Below the pieces are notes generated by a model. It saw only the letters and a list, made by a program, of their open reading frames with translations, did no database searches and had not been told where the DNA came from. The position numbers and the translations under genes were made by a program. DNA of 63,709 nucleotides, counting the filler, from Candidatus Nezhaarchaeota archaeon WYZ-LMO8 (GTDB lineage: Archaea; Thermoproteota; Methanomethylicia; Nezhaarchaeales; WYZ-LMO8), in the NCBI GenBank assembly GCA_004347965.1. It is 4 parts of 3 records of this genome, joined end to end, with 100 filler letters (N's around TTAATTAATTAA, not from the genome) between each part and the next. Parts side by side here need not be neighbours in the genome. Positions count along the whole stretch, not along the records: positions 35,478 to 63,709 come from QNVF01000018.1; 3 more parts are not named here. The stretch is one strand, 5' to 3'. Positions within the stretch are counted from its first letter, which is position 1; every line of letters starts with the position of its first letter. Of the stretch, positions 39,931 to 49,522 are shown piece by piece.

Positions 39931-40776
39931 GTGAAGGTGGCTTTACTCTACGATAGATTGAGGTGGGAGGAGAAGTCGATACTTGACGCGCTTAAGGCTA
40001 GAGGCGTTGAAGTCGAGATGGTAGATGCTAAGCTTAAGGTAGCAGTTCATGGGAAAATGAAGGACTTAGGCGACATAGTGTTAAATAGGTGCTTAAGCCA
40101 CTTCAGAGGGCTTTACTGGGCAGCTATACTGGAGACAGAGGGCTTGAGGGTTGTTAACTCATTTCGTACTCTACTAATCGGAGGGGATAAGCTACTCACG
40201 TCACTGGAGCTTGCTAAAGCCAAGATACCTACGCCGAGATTTGTCGTAGCATTCACAGTTGAGGGGGCTATGCAAGCTTTAGACGAGATAGGATTGCCAG
40301 CTGTTATTAAGCCTGTTGTCGGTAGCTGGGGTAGGTTATTAGCATTACTGAGAGACTACGAGAATGCGAAAGCGATATTTGAGCACAGGGAATATTTAGA
40401 GCCATTCCTTCACAACATATTCTACATTCAGGAGTATGTAGAGAAGCCATCGAGAGACATAAGGTCCCTCGTAGTGGGTGATGAAGTTATTACCTCGATA
40501 TATCGCTACGCTCCACCAGGAGAATGGAGAACAAACATAGCTTTGGGAGGAAGAGCTGAGACTTGCACTCTAACTGATGAACAGCAAGAACTTGTTTTAA
40601 GGGCAGCAAGAACTATTAATGGTGAGATTGTTGGTGTTGACTGCCTGGAGAGTAATAGAGGATTGCTCATAAACGAGATAAACACAACCGTTGAGTTTAA
40701 AGGTGCATACTCCGCCACAGGTGTGGATATAGCTGGCAAGATCGCGGACTACCTGATCAGGGAGGCTAGGAGATGA
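39931..40776 (+). CDS. argX: RimK-family ATP-grasp ligase, glutamate--LysW ligase (ArgX)
   Basis: GSWGRL and WRTNIALGG motifs; EFKGA has Gly at the specificity position; follows argH; probable GTG start at 39931. Confidence 0.75.
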   Translation: MKVALLYDRLRWEEKSILDALKARGVEVEMVDAKLKVAVHGKMKDLGDIVLNRCLSHFRGLYWAAILETEGLRVVNSFRTLLIGGDKLLTSLELAKAKIPTPRFVVAFTVEGAMQALDEIGLPAVIKPVVGSWGRLLALLRDYENAKAIFEHREYLEPFLHNIFYIQEYVEKPSRDIRSLVVGDEVITSIYRYAPPGEWRTNIALGGRAETCTLTDEQQELVLRAARTINGEIVGVDCLESNRGLLINEINTTVEFKGAYSATGVDIAGKIADYLIREARR

Positions 40777-41831
40777 GGAAGAAGGTTGGGATTGTCGGGG
40801 CTTCGGGCTTCGTAGGTGGAGAGCTATTACGACTACTCCTCTATCACCCTTATGCTGAGGTAACTACCGCTACATCGAGGAAGTACGTTGGGGAGTATGT
40901 GTTTAGAGTTCATGCCAACTTAAGAAAATTGACAGACCTTGTCTTCACACCGCTCGACGTGAAGAAGCTAACAGAGAATTGCGACGTGGTGTTCCTAGCA
41001 GTTCCACATAAGCAATCAGCTAAGCTGACGGCTCAGCTGGTGGAGACGGGCATTAAGGTCATAGATTTGAGCGCTGACTTCAGGTTCAAAGACCCTCACA
41101 TGTACGAGGTATGGTATAACTGGAAGCACCCAGTACCAGACTTGCTTAAAGAGGCTGTCTACGGCTTACCTGAGCTACATCGAGGTGAGATTAAAAGAGC
41201 TAACATAATTGCATGTCCAGGTTGCATGCCAACAGCTGCAATATTGGCACTGGCTCCTCTAGCTAGGAGTGGCATCATAGATCCTGAACACGTAGTTGTT
41301 GACGTTAAAATAGGCTCTTCAGGTGCGGGTACAAGCCCTTCACTGGCTACAATGCATGCTGAAAGGTTTGGAGTAGTTAGGCCCTATTCTCCGGCTGGTC
41401 ATAGACACACAGGAGAAATAGAGCAAGAACTCTCAGCTCTAGCTGGTAGACCAGTAAAGGTAGCGATGTCAGCCCATGCAGTTAACATAGTTCGAGGAAT
41501 ATTAGCTACATGCCACGTATACGTGAACAGAGAGGTAAAGCTCGTGGAGCTTTGGAGGATGTATAGAGAGATGTATGCCAATGAACCCTTCATCAGGATA
41601 GTGAAAGACAGGAAGGGGGTATACAGGCTTCCAGACCCCAAGGTCGTTGTGGGAACAAACTTCTGTGACGTGGGCTTTGAAGTAGATCCACATGTAAATC
41701 GAGTTGTGACTTTCGGAGCCATAGATAACTTGATGAAGGGAGCTGCAGGGCAAGCCATTCAATGCTTCAACATACTAATAGGGGTTGATGAGAAGACTGG
41801 TCTTGACTTCTGCGGCTTCCATCCCATATAG
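40773..41831 (+). CDS. lysY: LysW-gamma-aminoadipyl/glutamyl-phosphate reductase (LysY/ArgC)
   Basis: GASGFVGGEL, DLSADFR, PGC and DNLMKGAAGQA motifs. Confidence 0.92.
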   Translation: MRKKVGIVGASGFVGGELLRLLLYHPYAEVTTATSRKYVGEYVFRVHANLRKLTDLVFTPLDVKKLTENCDVVFLAVPHKQSAKLTAQLVETGIKVIDLSADFRFKDPHMYEVWYNWKHPVPDLLKEAVYGLPELHRGEIKRANIIACPGCMPTAAILALAPLARSGIIDPEHVVVDVKIGSSGAGTSPSLATMHAERFGVVRPYSPAGHRHTGEIEQELSALAGRPVKVAMSAHAVNIVRGILATCHVYVNREVKLVELWRMYREMYANEPFIRIVKDRKGVYRLPDPKVVVGTNFCDVGFEVDPHVNRVVTFGAIDNLMKGAAGQAIQCFNILIGVDEKTGLDFCGFHPI

Positions 41832-42653
41832 GTGATTCGCTTGGTCGTAGTGGTAAAGTTTGGAGGTGACTTGGTAGCAAACAAGGAGGTACTCGATAGA
41901 CTAGCTCAAGACATAGCGGAAGTCTCAGAGAAAGATAAGGTCGTGGTGGTGCACGGTGGAGGAGACGTAGTGACTATGATAGCTGAGAAGTTAGGTAAAC
42001 CTCAAGTCTTCATTACATCGCCTGATGGTTTTAGAAGCAGGTATACCGATAAAGAAACAGCTGAGATTTACATGATGGTTATGGCCGGTAAGATAAACAA
42101 GGAGGTCGTAATCAGCTTGTTAAAAGCTGGGGTCAAGGCGTTGGGGGTATCTGGTGTTGATGGAGGGCTTCTCAGAGCTGAGCGCAAGAAGAGACTTGTA
42201 ATAATAGATGAAAGAGGGAGGAAGAGGGCAATAGAGGGAGGGTACACAGGTAGGATAATGGGCGTTAACGTTGAGATGTTAAAGGGCTTACTGGAGATGG
42301 GTTTCGTGCCAGTCGTTGCTCCAGTAGCTCTTGGAGATGAGAATGAAGTTCTAAATGTTGATGGTGATAGAGCTGCAGCTCACATAGCTGGTGCGCTTAA
42401 AGCAGAGACCTTGGTGCTATTAACTGATGTCGATGGAGTGATGATCGACGGTAAGCTTGTAGATAAAATGAGTCTCAGCAAAGCGAGATCAGCCTTAAAG
42501 CGCGTTGGAGCAGGCATGATAACTAAGCTCTACGCAACTATTGAGGCATTAGAGGAGGGCGTGGAAAAAGTTATCATAGCATCTGGACTTAAAGAGAGAC
42601 CTGTTACAAGCTCCTTGATGGGGAGGGGCACGGTGATTACAGTTGGCGATTGA
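41832..42653 (+). CDS. lysZ: LysW-aminoadipate/glutamate kinase (LysZ/ArgB)
   Basis: VKFGG, VHGGG, SRYTD, GGYTG and NVDGDRAA motifs. Confidence 0.92.
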   Translation: MIRLVVVVKFGGDLVANKEVLDRLAQDIAEVSEKDKVVVVHGGGDVVTMIAEKLGKPQVFITSPDGFRSRYTDKETAEIYMMVMAGKINKEVVISLLKAGVKALGVSGVDGGLLRAERKKRLVIIDERGRKRAIEGGYTGRIMGVNVEMLKGLLEMGFVPVVAPVALGDENEVLNVDGDRAAAHIAGALKAETLVLLTDVDGVMIDGKLVDKMSLSKARSALKRVGAGMITKLYATIEALEEGVEKVIIASGLKERPVTSSLMGRGTVITVGD

Positions 42654-43824
42654 CTTTAAGAGCATGGAGGATTCTCACCTAGTTCCCACATATCAAAAGT
42701 TCCCAGTCACTATAATTAGAGGGCTTGGAGCTAAGGTATGGGATGATGAGGGCAGAGAGTACGTAGATTGTGTAGCTGGCTATGGAGCAGCCATTGTAGG
42801 TCATTGCAATCCAAGAGTGGTTAAAGCAATTAAGGAACAGTGTGAGAGACTACTAGCTTGTCATTGCTCATGCTACAATGATGTGAGGGCTAAATATCTT
42901 AAAAAGCTCGTAAGCGTACTGCCTAAGGGATTAACGAGGGTTTACCTCTGTAATAGTGGGGCTGAAGCTATCGAAGCTGCTATAAAGATTGCTTGGAAGG
43001 CTACAGGCAAAAGGGTCATAGTGTCCATGATGAGAGGTTATCATGGGAAAACCTTGGGGGCATTGACGCTCACGTGGGATCAAAAGTATAGAGAGAGCTT
43101 TGAGCCCCTCCCAAGTTTCGTGAAGTTTGTCCCCTACGGTAACATCGATAAACTTAAGGGGGCCCTTAGCGATGATGTTGCAGCAGTTGTTGTTGAACCA
43201 GTACAGGGCGAGAGCGGAGTCATAATACCTCCAAGCGATTTCCTTCCACAAGTGAGAGAAGAGTGCACGAAGAGGGGGGTTCTCCTGATAGTTGACGAAG
43301 TTCAAACCGGTTTTGGTAGAACTGGCAAATTATGGGCTTGTGAGCATTGGGGTATCGAGCCAGATATTATATGCATGGCTAAGGGCATAGCTGGTGGGTT
43401 ACCTATGGGTGCCACAGCCACTAAAGAAGACATAGCAATTAAGCTTAGAGTTGGCGAGCATACCTCAACGTTTGGAGGCAATCCCTTAGTGTGCTCTGCA
43501 GCAATAGCAACTCTCGAAGCGATATTGGAAGATGGTCTGCTTGAAAACTGTAGGTCAACTGGCAGCTACATGCTTAGTAGGCTCAAGGACCTTGAGGGAA
43601 AGTTCAAGGTCGTAAGAGAAGCGAGGGGTATTGGGTTCATGCAAGCACTTGAGCTTAGAGTTGATATCAGAGAGCCACTGCTATCATTGATAAGCGAAGG
43701 AGTCTTAGCTACGTACTCTGGGAGAACAGTCATTAGGTTCTTACCTCCATTGTGTCTAACGAGAGAAGATGTCGATGTGGTTATTAACGCTCTTGAAAGA
43801 GTGTTAGGCAATGTCAAGCTTTGA
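42643..43824 (+). CDS. lysJ: LysW-semialdehyde aminotransferase (LysJ/ArgD)
   Basis: NSGAEA, EPVQGE, DEVQTGFGRTG, AKG and HTSTFGGNPL motifs. Confidence 0.92.
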   Translation: MAIDFKSMEDSHLVPTYQKFPVTIIRGLGAKVWDDEGREYVDCVAGYGAAIVGHCNPRVVKAIKEQCERLLACHCSCYNDVRAKYLKKLVSVLPKGLTRVYLCNSGAEAIEAAIKIAWKATGKRVIVSMMRGYHGKTLGALTLTWDQKYRESFEPLPSFVKFVPYGNIDKLKGALSDDVAAVVVEPVQGESGVIIPPSDFLPQVREECTKRGVLLIVDEVQTGFGRTGKLWACEHWGIEPDIICMAKGIAGGLPMGATATKEDIAIKLRVGEHTSTFGGNPLVCSAAIATLEAILEDGLLENCRSTGSYMLSRLKDLEGKFKVVREARGIGFMQALELRVDIREPLLSLISEGVLATYSGRTVIRFLPPLCLTREDVDVVINALERVLGNVKL

Positions 43825-44938
43825 GGTAGAGTTCCTACTCGACTTGTTGAAAGTCTACAGCCCAACAGGTCAAGAAGCTGAGTTAGCTAAGCTGCTATAC
43901 TTAAAGATGAAGGAGCTAGGTTTTGAAGCCCACATAGACTCTGTAGGGAATGTGATAGGAGAGTTAAAGGGTCATGGTCCCAAAGTGTTACTATGCGGTC
44001 ACATGGACACGGTTCCCGGCTTCATACCAGTTAGGATAGAAGATGAAGAAATATGGGGTAGAGGAGCTGTAGACGCTAAGGGACCATTAGCCACGCTAAT
44101 CATGGCTGCTAAGAAGTACCTTAGCTCGGAAAGGAAGGGACTTAACATGGTTGTTGCGGGTGTTGTTGAGGAAGAAGGTTCAAGTAAAGGAATGTACCAC
44201 TTAATCGATTCCATCGACGAGCCAGATGTAGCAATATTTGGAGAACCCAGCGGAGTCTCTTGTCTAACTTTAGGGTACAAGGGAGGAGTAACCTTTGAGG
44301 TAACAGTTGAAACTGAGGAAGGGCATTCCGCCAGCCCATGGCTCTTTAAGAACTCGATAGAGGAAGGTTGGTATCTGTGGATGGAGCTAAAAAAAGTTCT
44401 TAATTCATACAAGAAGGAGGATAGCAGGTTCTACTCGATTACTTACTGCTTAACGTTCATGAATGGTGGCGGATCATCAGCCTTAGTTCCATCGAAATGT
44501 ACCCTTAAGTTCAACGTCAGAATACCGCCAACACTCAAGTGTAAAGACATCATCAGGATGGTGAAGGATGTAGCTGAATGCTTTGCAAGTAGTAGGGGTA
44601 TTAAAGTAGAGGTGAGGTGGGATGAGTGTGTTGAGGCTTACGTTTTAGGTAGAACTAGTACGGTAGCAAGAGCATTTAGCAGAGCCATTTTCGAAGAACT
44701 TGGAGTAAAGCCAAGCTTTGCATATAAGACCGGTACAAGCGATATTAATGTAGCAGCAACTAAGTGGACTCGAGCAGAGATGGCTGCTTACGGCCCTGGA
44801 GACTCGAGCTTGGACCACACTCCATGGGAGAGAGTAAGTGTCAACGAGTATCTTAAGTCGATCAACGTCCTTTGGAGAGCTCTAATTTGGATTGATAAGT
44901 TCAAGAGTAAAGCTTTTCTACCGCAAGATTCCCTATGA
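43811..44938 (+). CDS. lysK: LysW-lysine/ornithine hydrolase (LysK, M20 family)
   Basis: GHMDTV, GRGAVDAKG, EEE, GEP and YGPGDSSLDHT motifs. Confidence 0.92.
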   Translation: MSSFEVEFLLDLLKVYSPTGQEAELAKLLYLKMKELGFEAHIDSVGNVIGELKGHGPKVLLCGHMDTVPGFIPVRIEDEEIWGRGAVDAKGPLATLIMAAKKYLSSERKGLNMVVAGVVEEEGSSKGMYHLIDSIDEPDVAIFGEPSGVSCLTLGYKGGVTFEVTVETEEGHSASPWLFKNSIEEGWYLWMELKKVLNSYKKEDSRFYSITYCLTFMNGGGSSALVPSKCTLKFNVRIPPTLKCKDIIRMVKDVAECFASSRGIKVEVRWDECVEAYVLGRTSTVARAFSRAIFEELGVKPSFAYKTGTSDINVAATKWTRAEMAAYGPGDSSLDHTPWERVSVNEYLKSINVLWRALIWIDKFKSKAFLPQDSL

Positions 44939-44976
44939 TGTTCAGAACTTTTTAACTTCGAGGTTCGTACTAGAAG

Positions 44977-45405
44977 GTGCGAATATTGTTAGAGATAGAT
45001 GAGATCGATAATGCCATACTGAACGTACTGGTAAAAGATTCTAGAACTCCCTACACGATCATAGCTAGGAAAGTAGGTCTCTCCGAGGCCGGCGTAAGGA
45101 AGAGGATCGATAGATTAGTTAAGATGGGAGTTATTAAGAGGTTCACGATAGAGGTGAATCAACCAGTTAAGGTTAGAGCGATAACGCTCATAACAGCCGA
45201 TCCATCAGCTGATACCTCGGAATTATCCTCTAAAGTTAGAGAAGTAAGTGGAGTTGAGAAGGTATTTGAAGTGACCGGAGTTTACGATGTTGTCGTGATA
45301 ATATCGTCACCCAGTATGAGTGATGTTAACGAATGCATTGATGAGCTGAGAAGGATAAAAGGTGTTAAGTCAACGAATACTATGATGGTCTTGAGGGAAT
45401 GGTAG
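44977..45405 (+). CDS. lysM: Lrp/AsnC regulator LysM
   Basis: Lrp HTH plus RAM domain (EVTGVYD); lies directly upstream of lysW-lysX as in Sulfolobales. Confidence 0.8.
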   Translation: MRILLEIDEIDNAILNVLVKDSRTPYTIIARKVGLSEAGVRKRIDRLVKMGVIKRFTIEVNQPVKVRAITLITADPSADTSELSSKVREVSGVEKVFEVTGVYDVVVIISSPSMSDVNECIDELRRIKGVKSTNTMMVLREW

Positions 45406-45480
45406 TTTGCTGAGAAACCTTAATAAGCCTTAACATTAAAGTTAGGTCTTGCATGCTTATAATGGGGGTTAAGGTTTAAC

Positions 45481-45651
45481 ATGAAGGTCAGGTGCCCAGA
45501 TTGTGAGGGCGAAATTAAGGTCCCAGATGACGCAATCGCTGGAGAGATAGTAAGCTGCCCAGACTGTGGTCAAGAATTTGAGGTATACTTTGAGGGTGAA
45601 GAGCTTAAGCTCAAGCAAGCAGAGACGGTGAAGGAAGATTGGGGAGAGTAG
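45481..45651 (+). CDS. lysW: Amino-group carrier protein LysW (56 aa; missing from the ORF track)
   Basis: Manual translation: MKVRCPDCEGEIKVPDDAIAGEIVSCPDCGQEFEV...KEDWGE*, with two CxxC motifs and the invariant EDWGE end. Confidence 0.97.
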   Translation: MKVRCPDCEGEIKVPDDAIAGEIVSCPDCGQEFEVYFEGEELKLKQAETVKEDWGE

Positions 45652-45654
45652 GGT

Positions 45655-46515
45655 TTGGTAAGGGTAGTAGTAACTTATGATAGGATTAGAGTTGAAGAAA
45701 AGGCTTTACAAAAAGCTGGAGAAAACCTTGGAGCTGATGTGAGGTTAATAGATGTAAAAGACTCCTTCATCGACATAACCAAGGGAGAAGTAAACCCTGA
45801 AGTGCTTAAAGGAGACGTTATCATTCAGAGGTGTGTTGGACATTTTAGAAGCCTTTACCTAACTGCAATAATTGATAGCGTTGGGATTCCAGTCATAAAT
45901 TCATTCTACACAACCTTAATTTGTGGCGACAAACTGTTAACAACCCTTACGCTGAGAAGAGCTGGAGTACCAACACCAAAAACCCTTGTTGCCTTCACTC
46001 GGGATGGAGCTTTAAAAGCGTTAGAGGAAGTAGGTTATCCAGCAATCTTGAAGCCAGTTGTAGGTAGCTGGGGTAGGCTAGTGTCACTTATTAAGGACGT
46101 GGAGACAGCTAAGGTTGTCCTTGAACATCGAGAGCTACTACATCCTTTATACCAAATATTCTATGTTCAAGAGTTTATTAAGAAGCCTGATAGAGATATT
46201 AGATGCTTTGTTGTGGGTGAAGAAGCGATAGCAGCGATATACCGCTATGCTGCTCCAGGCGAGTGGAGGTCCAACACCGCTCTTGGAGGAAGAGCAGTTA
46301 AAATGGAGATAAGTGATGAGGTTAGAGAGGTTAGTATTAAGGCTGCTAAAGCTGTTGGAGCCCACGTTGTAGGTGTTGACTGCTTAGAGAGTGAGAGAGG
46401 CCTCCTAGTTCACGAGCTGAACAGCGTAACTGAGTTTAGGAACGCAGCTCCAGCTACAGGCGTTGATATAGCTAAGAAGATTATGGAATACGCCATCAAC
46501 CTTGCAAAGAAGTAA
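45655..46515 (+). CDS. lysX: RimK-family ATP-grasp ligase, alpha-aminoadipate--LysW ligase (LysX)
   Basis: GSWGRL and WRSNTALGG motifs; EFRNA has Asn at the specificity position; follows lysW. Confidence 0.82.
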   Translation: MVRVVVTYDRIRVEEKALQKAGENLGADVRLIDVKDSFIDITKGEVNPEVLKGDVIIQRCVGHFRSLYLTAIIDSVGIPVINSFYTTLICGDKLLTTLTLRRAGVPTPKTLVAFTRDGALKALEEVGYPAILKPVVGSWGRLVSLIKDVETAKVVLEHRELLHPLYQIFYVQEFIKKPDRDIRCFVVGEEAIAAIYRYAAPGEWRSNTALGGRAVKMEISDEVREVSIKAAKAVGAHVVGVDCLESERGLLVHELNSVTEFRNAAPATGVDIAKKIMEYAINLAKK

Positions 46516-47985
46516 CTAGCCCTTCGCTACAGCTATCGGCCTTAATCTCACAACCTTAGTTGCTATACCAACTCTATGGCTTACCTCAGCAACTCTATCA
46601 ACATCTTTGTAAGCTCTGTCCCACTCTTCAGCTAGAACCCTTATGCTAGCAGCTCTAACTGCTATGCCTTTTTGCTCCAACTCGTTCTTGACCTCAGATC
46701 CCCTGACCATCCTCAAAGCCTCTTCTCGAGACATCATCCTGCCAGCTCCATGAGCCGTTGAGCCGAATGTTATCTGCATAGCTTTAGGGTTGCCAACCAA
46801 TATCCACGAGCTAGTCCCCATGGAGCCGGGTATCAGAACTGGTTGCCCAAAGGACCTATATTTAGCCGGCACATCTGGATGATTTGGCGGAAAGGCTCTC
46901 GTAGCCCCCTTCCTATGCACGAAGACCCTCCTCTTAATACCGTCGATTACGTGCTCCTCGACCTTGCATATGTTATGAGCTACGTCGTAAATCAGTTTGA
47001 GCCCTAGATTCTCAGGGTCTTGCTTAAACGTTTTCTTAAAAGCTTCTCTTACCCAGTGAGTTATCATCTGCCGATTGCACCAGGCGAAGTTAGCTGCCGC
47101 AGACATAGCTGCAAAGTAGTCCTCAGCCTCCTTAGATGTCGCTGGCGCGCATGCAAGCTCTCTATCAGGAATTGATATCCCATACTTCCTAACCGCCATC
47201 TCCATTACCCTGAGGTAATCGCTACATACCTGATGACCTAGGCCCCTACTTCCGGTATGTATCATTACAGTTACCTGGTTTTCTTCCCTTATTCCAAAAG
47301 CTTTCGCTACCTCTGGATCAAATATCTTGTCAACCACTTGAACCTCAAGGAAGTGATTGCCACTGCCTAACGTGCCCAGCTGGTCAAATCCTCTATCCTT
47401 GGCCCTCGAAGAAACCTTTGAGGGATCAGCTGCCTTCATGCATCCTCCCTCTTCACAGAACTCTGCATCTACTTCCCAACCATAACCATGCCTAATGGCC
47501 CACTTAACTCCTTCAGCTAAGACGTCATCTAGCTCACTCCTCGTTAACCTAACAGCCTTGGTGGTGGAGCCTAAGCCTGATGGCACCAAATTAAATATCG
47601 TGGTTATAAGATCTTCAAGTACCGGCTTTACATCCTTGTAGGTCAAGTTTGTAACCAGGACTCTAACGCCACAATTTATGTCGTAGCCTATGCCTCCTGG
47701 GCTTATAACGCCCTCCTCAGCATCCATTGCTGCTACGCCGCCTATTGGGAAGCCATACCCTTGATGTCCATCTGGAAGTGTTATAGACCACTTCTGTATT
47801 CCAGGTAGGTGGGCTACGTTCACTGCCTGTACTATCGTCAAGTCTTCAAGCATCTTGCTAAGTAGAACTTTATCTGCATATATTCGAGCAGGAACTCTCA
47901 TACCTGGCTTGTAGTCCTTAGGGACCTCCCATGTGAGCTCATCCACCTGTCTTAGTGGAACACCCTTTGATGACAAGGACACCAC
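46516..47985 (-). CDS. rtcB: tRNA-splicing ligase RtcB
   Basis: PDGHQGYGFPIG, GYDINCG, GSGNHF, HTGSRG, HRKGAT and HGAGR motifs. Confidence 0.97.
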   Translation of the reverse strand: MVSLSSKGVPLRQVDELTWEVPKDYKPGMRVPARIYADKVLLSKMLEDLTIVQAVNVAHLPGIQKWSITLPDGHQGYGFPIGGVAAMDAEEGVISPGGIGYDINCGVRVLVTNLTYKDVKPVLEDLITTIFNLVPSGLGSTTKAVRLTRSELDDVLAEGVKWAIRHGYGWEVDAEFCEEGGCMKAADPSKVSSRAKDRGFDQLGTLGSGNHFLEVQVVDKIFDPEVAKAFGIREENQVTVMIHTGSRGLGHQVCSDYLRVMEMAVRKYGISIPDRELACAPATSKEAEDYFAAMSAAANFAWCNRQMITHWVREAFKKTFKQDPENLGLKLIYDVAHNICKVEEHVIDGIKRRVFVHRKGATRAFPPNHPDVPAKYRSFGQPVLIPGSMGTSSWILVGNPKAMQITFGSTAHGAGRMMSREEALRMVRGSEVKNELEQKGIAVRAASIRVLAEEWDRAYKDVDRVAEVSHRVGIATKVVRLRPIAVAKG

Positions 47986-48083
47986 CTCGACAATTTACTT
48001 AGTTTTAATATTCAGCATTCTATTCAAACCTACTAGATGAGTTGCTCAAGTAACTGTGTGCCACACGACTTTTTAAACTATCG

Positions 48084-48413
48084 TTATCTCACATGGGATC
48101 CTGCAGGAGCTTCGCCATCAACTGTTAGCCAGACAGGTCTTCCATTGACGTCAGCTGCCAGGAGCATCCCTCTAGATTCAACTCCCATTATTTTCTTAGG
48201 CTTTATGTTTGTGAGCACTATGAACCTCTTGCCTACGAAGTAGTTGGGGTCGTAGTATTCTCCTCCTCCAACTACTATATCTCTAACTTCGTTACCTATG
48301 TCGACTTTAAGTCTAAGTAATTTCTTAGAGTTCGGTATCTTCCCAGCCTCTACTACTACTCCAACCCTTAAGTCCAGTAAGTTGAAGAGGTCTATTGAAA
48401 TCTCGTTGCCCAT
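48084..48413 (-). CDS. tRNA-binding OB-fold protein (Trbp111/MetRS C-terminal-like)
   Basis: LDLRVG, KLLRLKVDIG and NIKPKKIMGVESRGMLLA motifs. Confidence 0.9.
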   Translation of the reverse strand: MGNEISIDLFNLLDLRVGVVVEAGKIPNSKKLLRLKVDIGNEVRDIVVGGGEYYDPNYFVGKRFIVLTNIKPKKIMGVESRGMLLAADVNGRPVWLTVDGEAPAGSHVR

Positions 48414-48646
48414 GTTATCACGTGTTTAGAGATGCGTTACTAACTATTAAATTCCTTGTCGTTCAATGGATGTGAATTATCATCAAAGCATAGATGAGAA
48501 AGATGCTTGAAATATAGCTTCTCCCAAGTTATCTACTCATGCGACTAGTGTAAAGCAGAGTGTGAAGGAGAGAGGTCTTAGTAGATCGGAAGATTCAATT
48601 TCATGTTGCATCACTACCGATCTCAAAATCCCTCTTAAAGGCATGC

Positions 48647-49522
48647 TCATCTACGAATCAATCTTTTTAGCAATACTGCAATGTCGCTTGGTTTCTGAGC
48701 TATCTCGACGCCAGCTTTTTTAAGGGCATTGATTTTACTCTCTGCACTTCCGGTTCTACCCATTACTATCGCCCCGGCATGACCCATACGCTTTTCTGGT
48801 GGAACGTAACGTCCAGCTATGAAAGCCACAAGAGGCTTTGAGTAGTTTTCTTTGATTATGTACTCTGCAGCTACCTCTTCGAGATTGCCACCAACCTCAC
48901 CGATTATTACGATGGCGTCTGTACGGGGGTCTTCTCGGAATAGTCTTAAGACGTCAACGAAACTCATGCCTACCACGGGGTCGCCTCCAATGCCAATACA
49001 AGTGGATTGTCCAATACCACTTCTGGTTAAGGAGGCTGCTATTTCATAGGAGAGAGTACCACTTCTTGAGATCATCCCCACGTTACCGGGCTCGTATATG
49101 TGGTGAGGCATTATCCCAATCTTGCACTCTCCAGGTGTTATTATGCCAGGGGTGTTTGGACCTATTATCATTGCGCCTATGCGCTTGGCATAAGATATGA
49201 CCTTAATTGTGTCTTTCACTGGTATGTGCTCCGTAATTATGACTACGATCTTCACGCCATTCTCTAAGGCTTCTAACGCTGCGCTTGCAGCAAATGGTGC
49301 TGGAACAAAGATTATGGATGCGTCAACCTTGTGCTCATGGATAGCTTCAGCTACAGTATCGTACACCGGAACTCCATGAACTTCAGTTCCTCCCTTTCCA
49401 GGAGTAACTCCAGCTACTATTTTTGTACCGTATTCAAGCATGAGCTTCGTATGGAATTGACCCTGCCTTCCTGTTATCCCTTGAACTATCACACTAACAT
49501 CCCTGTTAACGATAATCCCCAT
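48647..49522 (-). CDS. sucD: Succinyl-CoA synthetase alpha subunit
   Basis: QGITG, GVTPGKGG, GPNTPG, SRSGTL and MGHAGA (phospho-His) motifs. Confidence 0.95.
   Translation of the reverse strand: MGIIVNRDVSVIVQGITGRQGQFHTKLMLEYGTKIVAGVTPGKGGTEVHGVPVYDTVAEAIHEHKVDASIIFVPAPFAASAALEALENGVKIVVIITEHIPVKDTIKVISYAKRIGAMIIGPNTPGIITPGECKIGIMPHHIYEPGNVGMISRSGTLSYEIAASLTRSGIGQSTCIGIGGDPVVGMSFVDVLRLFREDPRTDAIVIIGEVGGNLEEVAAEYIIKENYSKPLVAFIAGRYVPPEKRMGHAGAIVMGRTGSAESKINALKKAGVEIAQKPSDIAVLLKRLIRR

Noticed and set aside
44939..44976. Possible LysM operator upstream of lysM
   Set aside because: Only short GTTC/GAAC half-matches; no convincing palindrome could be defined by eye.
46516..48413. rtcB next to a tRNA-binding protein as a possible RNA repair system
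   Set aside because: Both are ordinary archaeal housekeeping genes; RtcB has no intein and no repair or toxin partners are adjacent.
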